The notes below the pieces were generated by a model that did not search any database, was not told where the DNA came from, and worked only from the letters and a program-made list of their open reading frames with translations. The position numbers and the translations under genes are program-made. Below are positions 10,070 to 20,538 of a DNA stretch of 64,000 nt, piece after piece. The stretch is from an uncultured Gemmatimonadales bacterium (GTDB lineage Bacteria > Gemmatimonadota > Gemmatimonadetes > Gemmatimonadales > Gemmatimonadaceae). The stretch spans positions 256,001 through 320,000 of the forward strand of contig CAWKMU010000004.1 of the NCBI GenBank assembly GCA_963850905.1, in the 5' to 3' direction. Each line of letters starts with the position of its first letter. The stretch's first letter is position 1.

Positions 10070-13000
10070 GTGAAGACCTACCACGTGGGGAAAGTCTGGC
10101 GCGTGGCGTGGGGCCTGTCGCTGGCCCTTGTGGCCGCGTTGTCGACCGCTGCCGGCGCGCAGGAGGGCACGCGGATCACGGGTCGCGTCATGGACGGGGC
10201 AGAACATGTACCGATTGGCTCGGCCCAGATCATCGTGTCTGGTACGACGATTGGCCAGAACACGACCGACAGCGGCACGTTCGCCTTGCACGTGCCGGCG
10301 GACGCGAGGTCGATCGTCGTGCGGCGCATCGGGTACCTCGCGCAGACCATCCCGATCGTTGCCGGCAAGACGGAGTACACGGTCACCCTGCAGAAGGACG
10401 TCCTCCGCCTCGAGACGCAGGTCGTCACGGGCATCGCGACGAGCGTCGCCTCGCAGAACTCCGCGAACGCGGTATCGGTCGTCAGCACACAGGACATCAA
10501 CCAGGTCCCCGCACCGACGCTCGAGAACTCGATCCAGGGCAAGATCCCGGGCGCCGTGATTCAGGGGAACAACGGCGGCGCCCCCGGGGGCGGGCTGCAG
10601 ATCCAGGTTCGTGGCGTCACTTCGATCTACGGCAACGGGACGCCGCTTTATGTGGTCGATGGTGTGATCGTCGACAACGAGACCGTCAACGCCGACGAGA
10701 ACGCCATCAACAATTCCGGCGGCGGCACCACCTCGACCGGCGCGTCGGCCTCCGGCGCACCCAGCCCGCAGGACAACGGTGTCAACCGCATGGCCGACAT
10801 CAACCCGGATGACATCGAGTCGCTCGAAGTGTTGAAGGGCGCCTCCGCATCGGCGATCTACGGGTCCAAGGCATCGGCAGGCGTCGTCGTCATTACGACC
10901 AAGAAGGGCGCGAGCGGGAAGCCCAGGTGGACCTTCAGCAACCAGGTGGGACACTTCGCCGAGCAGAGAGAGTACCCGATCCGCACGTTCGGCACCCTCG
11001 CCTCCGCCGAAGGCTGGTACAACAACGACATCGCCGACAACACCTCGCCTTCCGCCATCGCCGCAGGCAACGCCAAGATCTCGAGCGAGTATGCAGGTCC
11101 TCAGGATTTTCAGCGACAGCTCTTCGGCAACCCGGCCGCCGCGTACCAGTCGAACATCAGCGTGAGTGGTACCTCGGGCGCGACACAGTACTACCTGTCG
11201 GGGCTATCGAAGTATGACAACGGCATCCTGTACAACACCGGATACAACAAGCAGTCAGTCCGCTCCAACATCACGGAGCAGTTCGCCAGCGCGCTGTCGG
11301 TTACGGCAAACCTGAATTACGTCCACAGCGTGACCGACCGCGGCATCACGGGCAACGACAACATCGGGATCAGCCCGTACGACGTGTTCTCCTACACGCC
11401 GGGCTTCGTGAACCTGCGTGAGCTCCCAAATGGCACGTATCCGCTCAACCCGTTCGGGCCAGCCAATCCGTTCGCCGATGCCGCCGAGATCAACACGCCG
11501 CAGCAGTTGAGTCGTTTCATGGGCGGCGGCAACATCAACTGGATCCCCTGGAAGACCGAGCACCAGAGCCTGCAGCTCACCGCGACCGGCGGCGCAGACC
11601 TGTCGAGCTTCCAGGCGCTCCTCTACGCCCCGCCGACGCTGCAGGTCGAGCAACGCGAGCCGAGCGGGCTGCCCGGCACCTCGGTGTCGAACACAGACCA
11701 GATCAACTACTTCAACTACGAACTCAACGCCATCCACCACTACACCGGACTTTCCTGGCTCGACGCAACGACCTCGATCGGCTTCGAGCGCGACCGGCGC
11801 AGCAACGTGAACCCGGTCTCGATCGGCTACAACCTACTCGCGGGTGTCAACGCGCCGACCGTGGGCACGGTGCAGAACAACTTCTTCTACAACTCGAAGC
11901 AGCTGGACCAGTCGTTCTACGGGCAAGAGCAGCTGCTCCTGTTCGACTCGCGACTGTCGATGACCGGCGGGGTCGCGGCGGAGCGCTCCACCAACGACGG
12001 CAACATCAACAAGTTCTACTATTACCCGCACTACTCCGCGTCGTATCGGGTGCCGCAGTTCGTCGGTTTCCTGGACGAGCTCAAGTTCCGCGCTGCCTAC
12101 GGCCAGTCCGGGAACCTGGCGCCCTACGGGTCCAAGTACTCGACCCTCCCGCCAGCGTTCATTGCGGGGCAGGCTGCCTTTGCGAGCAACATCTTGCTCG
12201 GTGACGCCAACATCAAGCCCGAGAACGAGGTGGAGACGGAGTTCGGATTCGATGCGACGATGTTCCACTCGCGGGCGCAGTTCTCAGCGACGGTCTACCA
12301 GAAGCGCCTCTCCAGCCTCCTCCTGCAGGCCGGGGTCGCACCGTCGTACGGGTATAGCTATCAGTATGTGAACGGCGGCGAGTTCACGAACCAGGGGATC
12401 GAGCTCTCGCTCCAGATGACGCCCGTTCAGCTGCGCAACGGCTTCACCTGGGTCACGACGACGTCGGTCTACCGCAACACCAGCGTCGTCAACGCGCTGC
12501 CCACACCGCCGTTCGCGTCATGCGAAGGCGGCTGGTGCTACGGTGGCTTCTTTGCCGTCGGCCGGTCCGTCACGGAGATGGTGAACACCGCCTTCAGCAC
12601 GTCGACGGGACTGCCAGTGCAGAACGGCGATGCGAGCCCCGGCGTGCTCACGGAGCTCGGCAACGAGTTCACGTGGAAAGGATTCCGGGTGTATGGGTTC
12701 CTCGACTGGGCTCGGGGCGGGAACACCGCAGACGCAACGGATTTGTACTTCGACTACGGGGCGCAGCTCTACGCCGACTCGGCCCTCAGTCAGAAACGGC
12801 TGTCGCAGTTGGCGCTCGGGCTCTCGCCCTGGACCCAGCCGGCCAGCTTCCTCAAGGTTCGCGAGGTGACGATCAGCTACTCGCTGCCCGCGCGCTTCGT
12901 TAACAGTTTTGCCGGTGGCCGGATCAACACCGTCCGCATCAACCTCAGCGGCTACAACCTGTGGGATATCACCAACTACGACGGCATGGACCCGGAGGTC

Positions 13001-13096
13001 AGCTTCGCCGGCAACCAGGCGGTCCGCGCGGCCGGCGAAGTCACACCGTACCCACCGGCGCGCAGTTTCTACTTCGGCCTCGACTTGGGACTCTAA
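10070..13096 (+). CDS. SusC/RagA-family TonB-dependent outer-membrane receptor
   Basis: N-terminal CarboxypepD_reg-like domain; plug motifs PLYVVDG and DINPDDIESLEVLKGASASAIYGSKASAGVVVITTKKG; GTG after GGAGGG. Confidence 0.96.
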   Translation: MKTYHVGKVWRVAWGLSLALVAALSTAAGAQEGTRITGRVMDGAEHVPIGSAQIIVSGTTIGQNTTDSGTFALHVPADARSIVVRRIGYLAQTIPIVAGKTEYTVTLQKDVLRLETQVVTGIATSVASQNSANAVSVVSTQDINQVPAPTLENSIQGKIPGAVIQGNNGGAPGGGLQIQVRGVTSIYGNGTPLYVVDGVIVDNETVNADENAINNSGGGTTSTGASASGAPSPQDNGVNRMADINPDDIESLEVLKGASASAIYGSKASAGVVVITTKKGASGKPRWTFSNQVGHFAEQREYPIRTFGTLASAEGWYNNDIADNTSPSAIAAGNAKISSEYAGPQDFQRQLFGNPAAAYQSNISVSGTSGATQYYLSGLSKYDNGILYNTGYNKQSVRSNITEQFASALSVTANLNYVHSVTDRGITGNDNIGISPYDVFSYTPGFVNLRELPNGTYPLNPFGPANPFADAAEINTPQQLSRFMGGGNINWIPWKTEHQSLQLTATGGADLSSFQALLYAPPTLQVEQREPSGLPGTSVSNTDQINYFNYELNAIHHYTGLSWLDATTSIGFERDRRSNVNPVSIGYNLLAGVNAPTVGTVQNNFFYNSKQLDQSFYGQEQLLLFDSRLSMTGGVAAERSTNDGNINKFYYYPHYSASYRVPQFVGFLDELKFRAAYGQSGNLAPYGSKYSTLPPAFIAGQAAFASNILLGDANIKPENEVETEFGFDATMFHSRAQFSATVYQKRLSSLLLQAGVAPSYGYSYQYVNGGEFTNQGIELSLQMTPVQLRNGFTWVTTTSVYRNTSVVNALPTPPFASCEGGWCYGGFFAVGRSVTEMVNTAFSTSTGLPVQNGDASPGVLTELGNEFTWKGFRVYGFLDWARGGNTADATDLYFDYGAQLYADSALSQKRLSQLALGLSPWTQPASFLKVREVTISYSLPARFVNSFAGGRINTVRINLSGYNLWDITNYDGMDPEVSFAGNQAVRAAGEVTPYPPARSFYFGLDLGL

Positions 13097-13097
13097 C

Positions 13098-14639
13098 ATG
13101 ACGCATACACAGAGCACCTCGAGCGGCCGACGGCATCGGCGGAGGTACGCGGCGCTGGCCGGTGCCGCCGCGATCGTCGTGGCCGCCGCTTGCAGCGACA
13201 GCAACGTGCCATTCCTCACAGCGCCCACGGCGGTCCCGAATTCCGCCACTGGCGTTCAACAAGCCGTACTGGGGCTCATCGCCGCGACCCGAAACGACAT
13301 GCTGCAGATCGCGGAGGAGCTGTCGGCGATGTCACGAGAGATGAGCAACTTCACTCCCACGGAGCCGCGCTTCATCGAGTACGATACCGGCATCAACCCC
13401 ATTCCGGTCGGCAGCTGGATCGAGACTTGGGCCAACCAGTACCAGGACATACGCACGGCGCAACTCATCCTGGCGTCGCTCTCCCAGGTGCAGCCCGCGT
13501 ACTCGAGCCAGCAAATGGCAGCTCTCACAGGGCTGGTACAGACCCTCGAGGCGTACAACTACCTACTCGTCGAATGGGCGCACGACTCCGAGGGCGAGGT
13601 CATCGTGGAGTCGCCCAATGCGACGACGCTCAACCCGTTACTGTGCCAGACGGATTTTCTGGATTCCGTCGTGACGCTGCTCGACGTCGCCAACGCCAAC
13701 CTGAACACGGCCGGCGCGACGGCGTTCCCCTTCAACCTGCCCCCGGGCTTCGGAGCGGTCAGCCAGTTTGCAGGCCCTAGCACGAAAGCCGGCTCCTTCG
13801 CGTCCTTCAATCGGGCGCTCGCCGCCAAGGCGAGAATGGAGCTGGCCTACGCCAAGGGCGGGGCGACGCCGAACCACCCGGGCAACCCCATCCAGTCGAT
13901 CCTTCAGAGCGCGGACAGCGCGATGAACGCGTCGGCCCTTTATCAACCGACCGCGCTGCCAACAAACCCAACGGGCAACTGGGCCTACGACAATTTCAGC
14001 GTGTTGCTGGATTTCAGCGCCGCGTCGGGTGACCAGGTCAATCCGCTGAACCAGAACATCGGCACGGAGGCCATCCTCAGCCAGATGGTCACCGACCAGG
14101 ACACCATCCACGACCTGCGCTGGAAAGCGAAGGCCAAGCTCAATCCTGCCTACTGCCCCACGTGTGCCTGGCCCGTGTCGCAGACGGGATACTCCGAAGT
14201 GCACGCACCTAACAGCCCGACCGTGGCGTCGGTCTACATTCCGGCCATGTACTCGGCGCCAGGCTCGCCGATGCCGATGATTCGGAGCGAGACGATGACG
14301 TTGACGGAAGCGATGATCCGCCTGGGTCTGAATGACCTGAGCGGGGCCATGGCCCTGGTCAACGACGTGCGAACGGAAGTGGGCGGCCTCGCGCCGCTTA
14401 CCCTGACGAGCCCTACGGACATCCAGAATCAGATCATGAAGGAGCAGGAGATCTCGACCTTCGCAGAAGGCGGCGCCGACCGGCTGATCTCGATCCGGCT
14501 CTACGGCGTTGCGGCGCAGGCCGACACGACGTGGGAGCACGTTCCGCCGTACAACAGGGATCAACACACGACCGTGTTCCCGATCACCTCCGAGGAGCTC
14601 ACCGGCCGCGGCGGTACCTGGGCCCCGAGCTGTCCATAA
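13098..14639 (+). CDS. RagB/SusD-like surface lipoprotein
   Basis: Lipobox VAAAC followed by SDSNVPF; clear paralog of 762-2336. Confidence 0.88.
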   Translation: MTHTQSTSSGRRHRRRYAALAGAAAIVVAAACSDSNVPFLTAPTAVPNSATGVQQAVLGLIAATRNDMLQIAEELSAMSREMSNFTPTEPRFIEYDTGINPIPVGSWIETWANQYQDIRTAQLILASLSQVQPAYSSQQMAALTGLVQTLEAYNYLLVEWAHDSEGEVIVESPNATTLNPLLCQTDFLDSVVTLLDVANANLNTAGATAFPFNLPPGFGAVSQFAGPSTKAGSFASFNRALAAKARMELAYAKGGATPNHPGNPIQSILQSADSAMNASALYQPTALPTNPTGNWAYDNFSVLLDFSAASGDQVNPLNQNIGTEAILSQMVTDQDTIHDLRWKAKAKLNPAYCPTCAWPVSQTGYSEVHAPNSPTVASVYIPAMYSAPGSPMPMIRSETMTLTEAMIRLGLNDLSGAMALVNDVRTEVGGLAPLTLTSPTDIQNQIMKEQEISTFAEGGADRLISIRLYGVAAQADTTWEHVPPYNRDQHTTVFPITSEELTGRGGTWAPSCP

Positions 14640-14687
14640 CAGTGGGCGGATAGGGATCAGGCGTTAGGGATTAGGAACAGCAACACC

Positions 14688-14723
14688 AGGAGGGCCAGCG
14701 ACGGAGACGTCGCTGGCCCTCCT
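14688..14723 (+). terminator. Perfect 16-bp hairpin with GAGA loop after SusD
   Basis: AGGAGGGCCAGCGACG-GAGA-CGTCGCTGGCCCTCCT. Confidence 0.65.
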
Positions 14724-14879
14724 CTCATCCACAGCAGAGCATCGCCTAAACCCCCTAACACCAACTCCGCCCTCCAGACTGTTCCATCCAATGAAGGTGA
14801 ACTAACGGCCACCGCATCTGCCCCTGCGTTGGCTGGCGCTTTGCATGGATGCCGGCCAACACACGGTCGACAGGATCTC

Positions 14880-15842
14880 ATGGCCCATCGGTTACACGTC
14901 AATGGCCACTTAGCGACCACGGCAGGGGTGTTGGCGGCCGGCCTCGCCGTCGGCCGTTGGCTCCTCCACGAGAGCCGCAGAATCGATTTTGACGAGCGCC
15001 ATGTCCTGATCACCGGAGGGTCCCGGGGCCTCGGGCTCGTCCTGGCCCGGGCGTTCGCTGCGGAAGGCGCGCGCCTTGCCATTTGTGGACGCGACGAAAC
15101 CGAGCTCGAGAACGCATGCGCCGAGCTGGCGGGGGTGGGCGCCGACGTCCATGCCTTCGTTGGCGACATGACCAACGCAGCCCAGGTCCGCCAGCTGATA
15201 CCGTCCGTTGAGGACCAAGGCGGCCCGATCAATGTCGTGGTCAATAACGCGGGGCTGTTTCAGGTCGGGCCGTACGACTCGACCACCGTCAATGACTACG
15301 ACCGCGCGATGCGCACACACTTCTGGGGACCACTCTACGTCATCCAGACTATCCTCCCCAAGATGCGCGAGCGGCACTTCGGGCGCATCGTGAACATCGC
15401 GTCGATTGGCGGGAAAGTGAGCGTGCCACACCTGCTGCCCTACAGCGCGAGCAAGTTTGCGCTCGTGGGGCTCTCGGAAGGACTCCGTGCAGAGCTGGCA
15501 CGAGACAATGTGTACGTCACTACGGTGTGCCCGGGACTCATGCGCGTTGGTGGCCAGCGGCGCGCCCACCTCAGCGATCAGCAAAGCGCTGAATTTGCGC
15601 TCTTCGCCGCCGGCGACGACGCACCCGCGCTCTCCGGCAATGCCACCCGCACTGCGCGGCGCATCGTCGAGGCCTGTCGGTACGCAGAAGCAGAACTCGT
15701 CATTGGCGCGCCAGCGCGCGCGGCCGCGTGGCTCCACGGCCTCTTGCCGGGAATGACCAGCGAGGCCCTGGGCATCCTGAACCGCCTGCTCCCGAAGAGC
15801 CGCCCGTCGTCCCTCAACCACGAACCTGCAACGGACCGGTAG
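14880..15842 (+). CDS. SDR-family NAD(P)-dependent oxidoreductase
   Basis: TGGSRGLG, NNAG and YSASK motifs. Confidence 0.92.
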   Translation: MAHRLHVNGHLATTAGVLAAGLAVGRWLLHESRRIDFDERHVLITGGSRGLGLVLARAFAAEGARLAICGRDETELENACAELAGVGADVHAFVGDMTNAAQVRQLIPSVEDQGGPINVVVNNAGLFQVGPYDSTTVNDYDRAMRTHFWGPLYVIQTILPKMRERHFGRIVNIASIGGKVSVPHLLPYSASKFALVGLSEGLRAELARDNVYVTTVCPGLMRVGGQRRAHLSDQQSAEFALFAAGDDAPALSGNATRTARRIVEACRYAEAELVIGAPARAAAWLHGLLPGMTSEALGILNRLLPKSRPSSLNHEPATDR

Positions 15843-15875
15843 GGCTGTGGGCGCCTGAGAAAGCTGCCCCCGGCG

Positions 15876-15899
15876 GGTAGGGCGACGCATGCGTCGCCG
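15876..15899 (+). repeat. REP core copy
   Basis: GGTAGGGCGACGCATGCGTCGCCG. Confidence 0.75.
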
Positions 15900-16049
15900 T
15901 CTCAGCCGTCCGCGCGATTCCGAGGCGCAACGCCTTCCGCCGCCCGCGCGATTCCAAAGCACCATCTGCATGGCAACGTTACCCGCGATCGGCTACCGTT
16001 CCGCGGTGCTGTCTTTCACACTATCACGTCGGTTCTAACGCAAGACGCA

Positions 16050-17564
16050 ATGACCGGCCCACAATCGGATCAACCGCCTCACGATGAGCTGACGCTCGAC
16101 CCGACTGACTGGGCCGCCTTTCGCACATTGGCACATCGGATGGTGGACGATATGCTCACCCACCTCGAGACGCTGCCACAACAGCCCGCGTGGCGCGAGA
16201 TGCCGCCGACCGTCCGGCAGTCGTTCAACGAACGATTACCGAAGACCGGTATCGGGGCCGCGGCCGCGTACGAGGCATTTGTTCAACGGGTGATGCCCTA
16301 CACCAACGGCAACATCCATCCGCGGTTCTGGGGCTGGGTGCAGAGCAACGGCACGCCGCTCGGGATGATGGCCGACATGCTCGCCGCCGGGATCAATCCA
16401 CACATGGCCGGCTTCAATCAGGCGCCGGCGCTAGTTGAGGAGGAGGTCCTTCGCTGGCTCGCCGAGATGGTCGGCATGCCGGGCACGGCGAGCGGCTTGC
16501 TCGTGCAGGGCGGGACCATGGCGAACGTCCTCGGTCTCGTCATCGCGCGCTACGTCGCGGCGCGCGCTGCAGGTTTCGACGTCCGGACCGACGGCCTGCA
16601 GGGCAAACATCCCCCACTCGTGTTCTACGCGTCGACTGAAGCCCACAACTGGGCTGGCAAAGCCGCCGAATGGCTGGGACTCGGCAGTCGTGCGCTACGG
16701 CAGGTACCGGTCGATCGCGCCTTCCGCCTTGACGTGCGTGCGCTCGAGGAGCGAATCCGAACAGATCGGAAGAGTGGTCTTCTTCCCTTCTGCATCATCG
16801 GCACGGCCGGCACCGTCAACACCGGAGCGATCGACGACCTCCAGCGATTGGCGGACACCGCCCGCGCCGAGAAGCTGTGGTTTCACGTGGACGGCGCCTT
16901 TGGCGCTTTGGCGTACCTCTCCGACGAGCTTCGTCCACTGCTCAATGGCCTGACGCGTGCGGACTCGATCGGTTTCGATCTCCACAAATGGGGATATTTG
17001 CCGTTCGAGTGCGCGTGCGGAATGATCCGGGATCACGTCGCGCACCAGGAGGCGCTCGCCTCCACGGCCAGCTACCTCGCGCCGACGGCTCGTGGCGTCA
17101 TCGCAGGAGGACTGCCGTTCGCGAATCGTGGCCTCGAGCTGACGCGCAACTTTCGCGCGCTCAAGGTGTGGATGAGCCTCAAGGCCGACGGTGTCGATCG
17201 GTTGACGCGGTGCATTGAGCAAAACGTCCGACAGATCCGGCATCTCGTGGCAGGGATCGAGGCGTCGCCCGAGCTCGAGGTGCTCGCGCCGGTGCCGCTC
17301 AACATCGTGTGCTTTCGCTACGCTCCGAAACAGGTGCCCGCAAGCGGCTTGGATGCGCTCAACCAGGAAATTCTTCTGCAGCTTCAGGAGCGTGGTATCG
17401 CGGTCCCGTCAGGCACGACCGTCAACGGCCACTTCGCGCTCCGAGTCGCGAACGTGAATCATCGCAGCCGAACAGATGATTTCGACGCATTGGTCCACGC
17501 TGTGATTGAACTGGGAAGAGCGGTGTCCGGGGTCGGGGACCAGGGGTCGGCCTTGGACCGGTAG
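16050..17564 (+). CDS. Group II PLP-dependent amino-acid decarboxylase (aromatic-L-amino-acid/glutamate decarboxylase family)
   Basis: HPRFWGWV, GGTMAN, GTAGTVNTGAIDDL, WFHVDGAFG and DLHKWG (PLP Lys). Confidence 0.93.
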   Translation: MTGPQSDQPPHDELTLDPTDWAAFRTLAHRMVDDMLTHLETLPQQPAWREMPPTVRQSFNERLPKTGIGAAAAYEAFVQRVMPYTNGNIHPRFWGWVQSNGTPLGMMADMLAAGINPHMAGFNQAPALVEEEVLRWLAEMVGMPGTASGLLVQGGTMANVLGLVIARYVAARAAGFDVRTDGLQGKHPPLVFYASTEAHNWAGKAAEWLGLGSRALRQVPVDRAFRLDVRALEERIRTDRKSGLLPFCIIGTAGTVNTGAIDDLQRLADTARAEKLWFHVDGAFGALAYLSDELRPLLNGLTRADSIGFDLHKWGYLPFECACGMIRDHVAHQEALASTASYLAPTARGVIAGGLPFANRGLELTRNFRALKVWMSLKADGVDRLTRCIEQNVRQIRHLVAGIEASPELEVLAPVPLNIVCFRYAPKQVPASGLDALNQEILLQLQERGIAVPSGTTVNGHFALRVANVNHRSRTDDFDALVHAVIELGRAVSGVGDQGSALDR

Positions 17565-17598
17565 GGGCGACGCATTGCGTCGCCCGTTGTTGTCGTTG
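17549..17598 (+). repeat. REP element overlapping the decarboxylase 3' end
   Basis: GGCCTTGGACCGGTAGGGGCGACGCATTGCGTCGCCCGTTGTTGTCGTT. Confidence 0.88.
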
Positions 17599-17676
17599 CG
17601 CTCTGCTCTGCGACGAGCCCTGGGTCCTAGTTCACCACCCACAAACACAAATCACAAACCGGGTGACGTCCGGCAT

Positions 17677-18345
17677 CTACCGCGACGAAACGCTCGACTC
17701 GGCTGCGCGACCGGGGAATCGAGCCATGACTGCGCCGACGGCCTTGCTCAATGCGCGGGCGTAGTGATTCGGATCGGAGGGCACGTCGGACTGACCGACG
17801 CCTCGCCACAGAACACGTCGAGCCGCACCATCGAGGACGTCCACGATAACCGTCCCTTGCTTGTATTCCGATTCGCTCGTCGCTATTTGCCCGGTCGATG
17901 TATTCGGGATTTTCCAATCTGAGAAGGGGTAGCCGTAGTCGTAGTCGGTGACGACCAGGGATGTCCGCGACCCGATGTAATAGGCAATCGCCAAATCCGC
18001 GCTGTCGCGACGACGAAGGTACCCGCGCGATGCCATGGCTTGAGCGATGTCCTGCCGCACTTCGCGTCCCGTTATGGAATTCTCGAGCATCGGGTCGTCG
18101 GCTGTCGCAGCGTTTGATTGAATCGCGCGGTCTTGCGGCATCGGTAAGATCCGGAATGACCGCTGGGTCGTAAACGTTGCGCCAGGGGCCTGCATCGTCG
18201 CGACGTCCACGTGTCCAGGAAACACGCACCCCAAGAGTGTTATCACGGACAGCACGCTGCCGATCATTCGGTAGCGCGGCGCCGAGCAGCGCGCACCCTG
18301 CAGCATCGCGACGCACACCGATCCGCTTCGGGTTTCCGTTCGCAT
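17677..18345 (-). CDS. DUF4136-domain lipoprotein
   Basis: LLGC lipobox; ADLAIAYY and YKQGTVIVDVLDG...VLWRG motifs; GAGGAGG RBS. Confidence 0.82.
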   Translation of the reverse strand: MRTETRSGSVCVAMLQGARCSAPRYRMIGSVLSVITLLGCVFPGHVDVATMQAPGATFTTQRSFRILPMPQDRAIQSNAATADDPMLENSITGREVRQDIAQAMASRGYLRRRDSADLAIAYYIGSRTSLVVTDYDYGYPFSDWKIPNTSTGQIATSESEYKQGTVIVDVLDGAARRVLWRGVGQSDVPSDPNHYARALSKAVGAVMARFPGRAAESSVSSR

Positions 18346-18504
18346 GACTGTCCTCCTCGCATGATCTCGTAGCTCGGGCCAAAAGCTGTTCTGCGCCCAG
18401 ATGAGCGCGCAACGCCAAGTCCGGGACACGGGTCTCCTGCTTCGGCAATCCCCGGATGGTCTCTATGCGAATTGAATGCCGGCAGCGGCTCGGAGACCGA
18501 TCCA

Positions 18505-18731
18505 ACCGGTGGATAGGGGCCGCGCGTCAGGTGTTGTCGTTGCGGTTGTCGTTCTCTCCACCTACGGTGACCGGCCTTGGACCGGTAGGGGCGGCGCATT
18601 TGCGTCGCTCGTCGTGGTTGTCGTTCCCTGACCCCTGACCCTTGACCCCTTGACCCAATCACGGTGGCCGGCCTTGGACCGGTAGGGGCGACGCATTGCG
18701 TCGCCCGTTGTTCCCGTTGCGGTAGTCGTTC
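18505..18731 (+). repeat. Tandem cluster of 2 intact and 1 degenerate modular REP units with heptamer tail
   Basis: Units starting ACGGT(G)..CCGGCCTTGGACCGGTAGGGG at about 18564 and 18661; shared GTTGTCGTT tail; (CCCTGAC)n at 18626-18656. Confidence 0.85.
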
Positions 18732-18740
18732 CAGACCGAC

Positions 18741-19196
18741 CTACGACGGAGATCTCGCTTCGCGCCCAGTGACTTCGTCCAGGTGCAGGCGAAGGACCAG
18801 AAGACGAAACGGTACCGGATCATTCTCAGTGCCCGTACCCGGTACAAGCTCGCGCAACAGCTCGACCCCACGAGCGAACGACTGCTGGTCGATCGGAGGC
18901 GAATCCGAGTCCAGGAAATACACCGCCCCACGCACCACGACGCTGCACCAGTCGAAGGTGCCCTTGACCTCATCCACTTCGAATGCCGCCCATCGGTGGT
19001 GCGCGAGAATAGCGCTCTTCACTCCGCGCGAAGTGCGGCAGTAGATCCAACCGTCCGCGAAAACGTAATTGATCGGCTCGATGTCGACGCGCGGGCCGGC
19101 GGCGTACGCGATGCGCCCCACCTGCTGACGCGCGAGGATCGCCTCACACTCGGCGCGTGACAAGTCTCTGATGACAGGTCCGGTCTTTGGTGGCAC
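18741..19196 (-). CDS. Pyridoxamine 5'-phosphate oxidase-family flavin-binding protein
   Basis: LSRAECEAILARQQVGRIA, PINY and AFEVDE...SVVVRG motifs. Confidence 0.88.
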   Translation of the reverse strand: MPPKTGPVIRDLSRAECEAILARQQVGRIAYAAGPRVDIEPINYVFADGWIYCRTSRGVKSAILAHHRWAAFEVDEVKGTFDWCSVVVRGAVYFLDSDSPPIDQQSFARGVELLRELVPGTGTENDPVPFRLLVLRLHLDEVTGREARSPS

Positions 19197-19511
19197 GGTA
19201 TCCTGGAGTGAACGGGGAGGAGCCAAAAGTACGACGCTGACTGGCCCATCAGCCGATTGCCCTGACGCGGCCGCCATGACCACGTTTGGGTTTTCCGTTG
19301 AGCCGAGCGCCCACCTTGAGGCTCGGCGGCCCCCGGGTAAGGTAGCTCGTAGTCCCTTGTGACACTGTCCAAGAATCCCGGATCGGCGCTTACTGCAGGT
19401 AGTCCTACGTTGTCAACGACGGGTCTGCTGACATGCCGGCTGGCATAGAGCAATAGCCACAGGAACGCGCCACCTCCAAAGAACGTCCTCACCAGGCGTG
19501 AGGAGGATGTC

Positions 19512-20507
19512 ATGACCACTTCCAGCGTGACGCCTATATCGACGACCGCGTTGGAGTCTTCCCCTCAGGTCGCGGCGGCGAGTCCCGCAGTTACCGCGGC
19601 GCCCCCCGGGGCTTTGATGGTCGCGAGCGATGGTACGGTCGCCGCACTCGCAGCGTGGCGGACAGCGAGCACGCTCGCCAAACGACTCGGCGCACCGGTC
19701 TACGTATACGGCGTTGTCGAGCCGTTGCCAACGGTCAGCGTCGAGCTCGCGTCCGTGCCGATACCTCCCGAAGTCGAGACGGCAATGAAAGCAGAGCTGC
19801 ATGACAACATCGCTTCGCAGGTATCCGCCTCCTCACCGGCCGGCCATCCGTGGCCAATCGAGATCGGCCAGGGACCACCGCCGCTCATGATCGCCGGCCG
19901 TGCGCGCGAGCTGTGCGCTCGTGCGATCGTCATGGGACTCGGTCGTCATCAACTGGCCGACCGACTGTTCGGGACCGAGACCGCGCTGCAGGTGTTGCGA
20001 CTCGCGGAGGTCCCCGTGCTCGCCGTACCGTCGGGATTCACCGCGGCCCCGCGTCGCGCGGTAGTTGGTGTCGACTTCAGTGCAGCCAGTGGACGCGCCG
20101 CCCGTCTTGCCTTGGCATTGTTTCCCGACCTCGAGGCGCTCGATCTGGTTCACGTGGCGCCGTCGGTTGGACCCGGAGCCGCCGCGACACCCTGGGAGTC
20201 GGCCTATGGGACGGAGTTGGCGGACGCATGGCCCCGTTTCGTGGACAGCCTGGATGTCCGGCCCTCGGTGCGGGTGCAGACGTACATGCCGAAAGGGCCG
20301 CCGGCAGACGCGTTGCTTGCGCACGCCGAGGACGTGGGGGCCGATCTGATTGTCGTCGGCAGTCACGGTCGTGGCTTCATCGGCCGCATGATCGTCGGTA
20401 GCGTCGCTACGCGCGTGCTTCGAGCCGCTCGCACGGCCGTGTTCGCCGTTCCGATTGTGATGGGCGCTTCAGCCGCGGCGCCACACGGGACGCCCTCAGA
20501 GAGCTGA
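19512..20507 (+). CDS. Universal stress protein (tandem USP domains)
   Basis: IVMG..RH..DRLFGTETA and DLIVVGSHGRG...VGSVATRVL; GAGGAGG RBS. Confidence 0.92.
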   Translation: MTTSSVTPISTTALESSPQVAAASPAVTAAPPGALMVASDGTVAALAAWRTASTLAKRLGAPVYVYGVVEPLPTVSVELASVPIPPEVETAMKAELHDNIASQVSASSPAGHPWPIEIGQGPPPLMIAGRARELCARAIVMGLGRHQLADRLFGTETALQVLRLAEVPVLAVPSGFTAAPRRAVVGVDFSAASGRAARLALALFPDLEALDLVHVAPSVGPGAAATPWESAYGTELADAWPRFVDSLDVRPSVRVQTYMPKGPPADALLAHAEDVGADLIVVGSHGRGFIGRMIVGSVATRVLRAARTAVFAVPIVMGASAAAPHGTPSES

Positions 20508-20538
20508 CGCGCCGCCACGACGATCGCGCGGCAGCCGC

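Noticed and set aside
18505..18731. CRISPR-like repeat-spacer appearance of tandem palindromic units (also 26423-26596)
   Set aside because: Only 2-3 units, irregular low-complexity spacers, the same unit is dispersed across the window, and there are no cas genes. It fits a REP element.
19355..19420. CRP/FNR-like box between the PNPOx-family and USP genes
   Set aside because: Only one half-site (TGTGA) matches; too weak.
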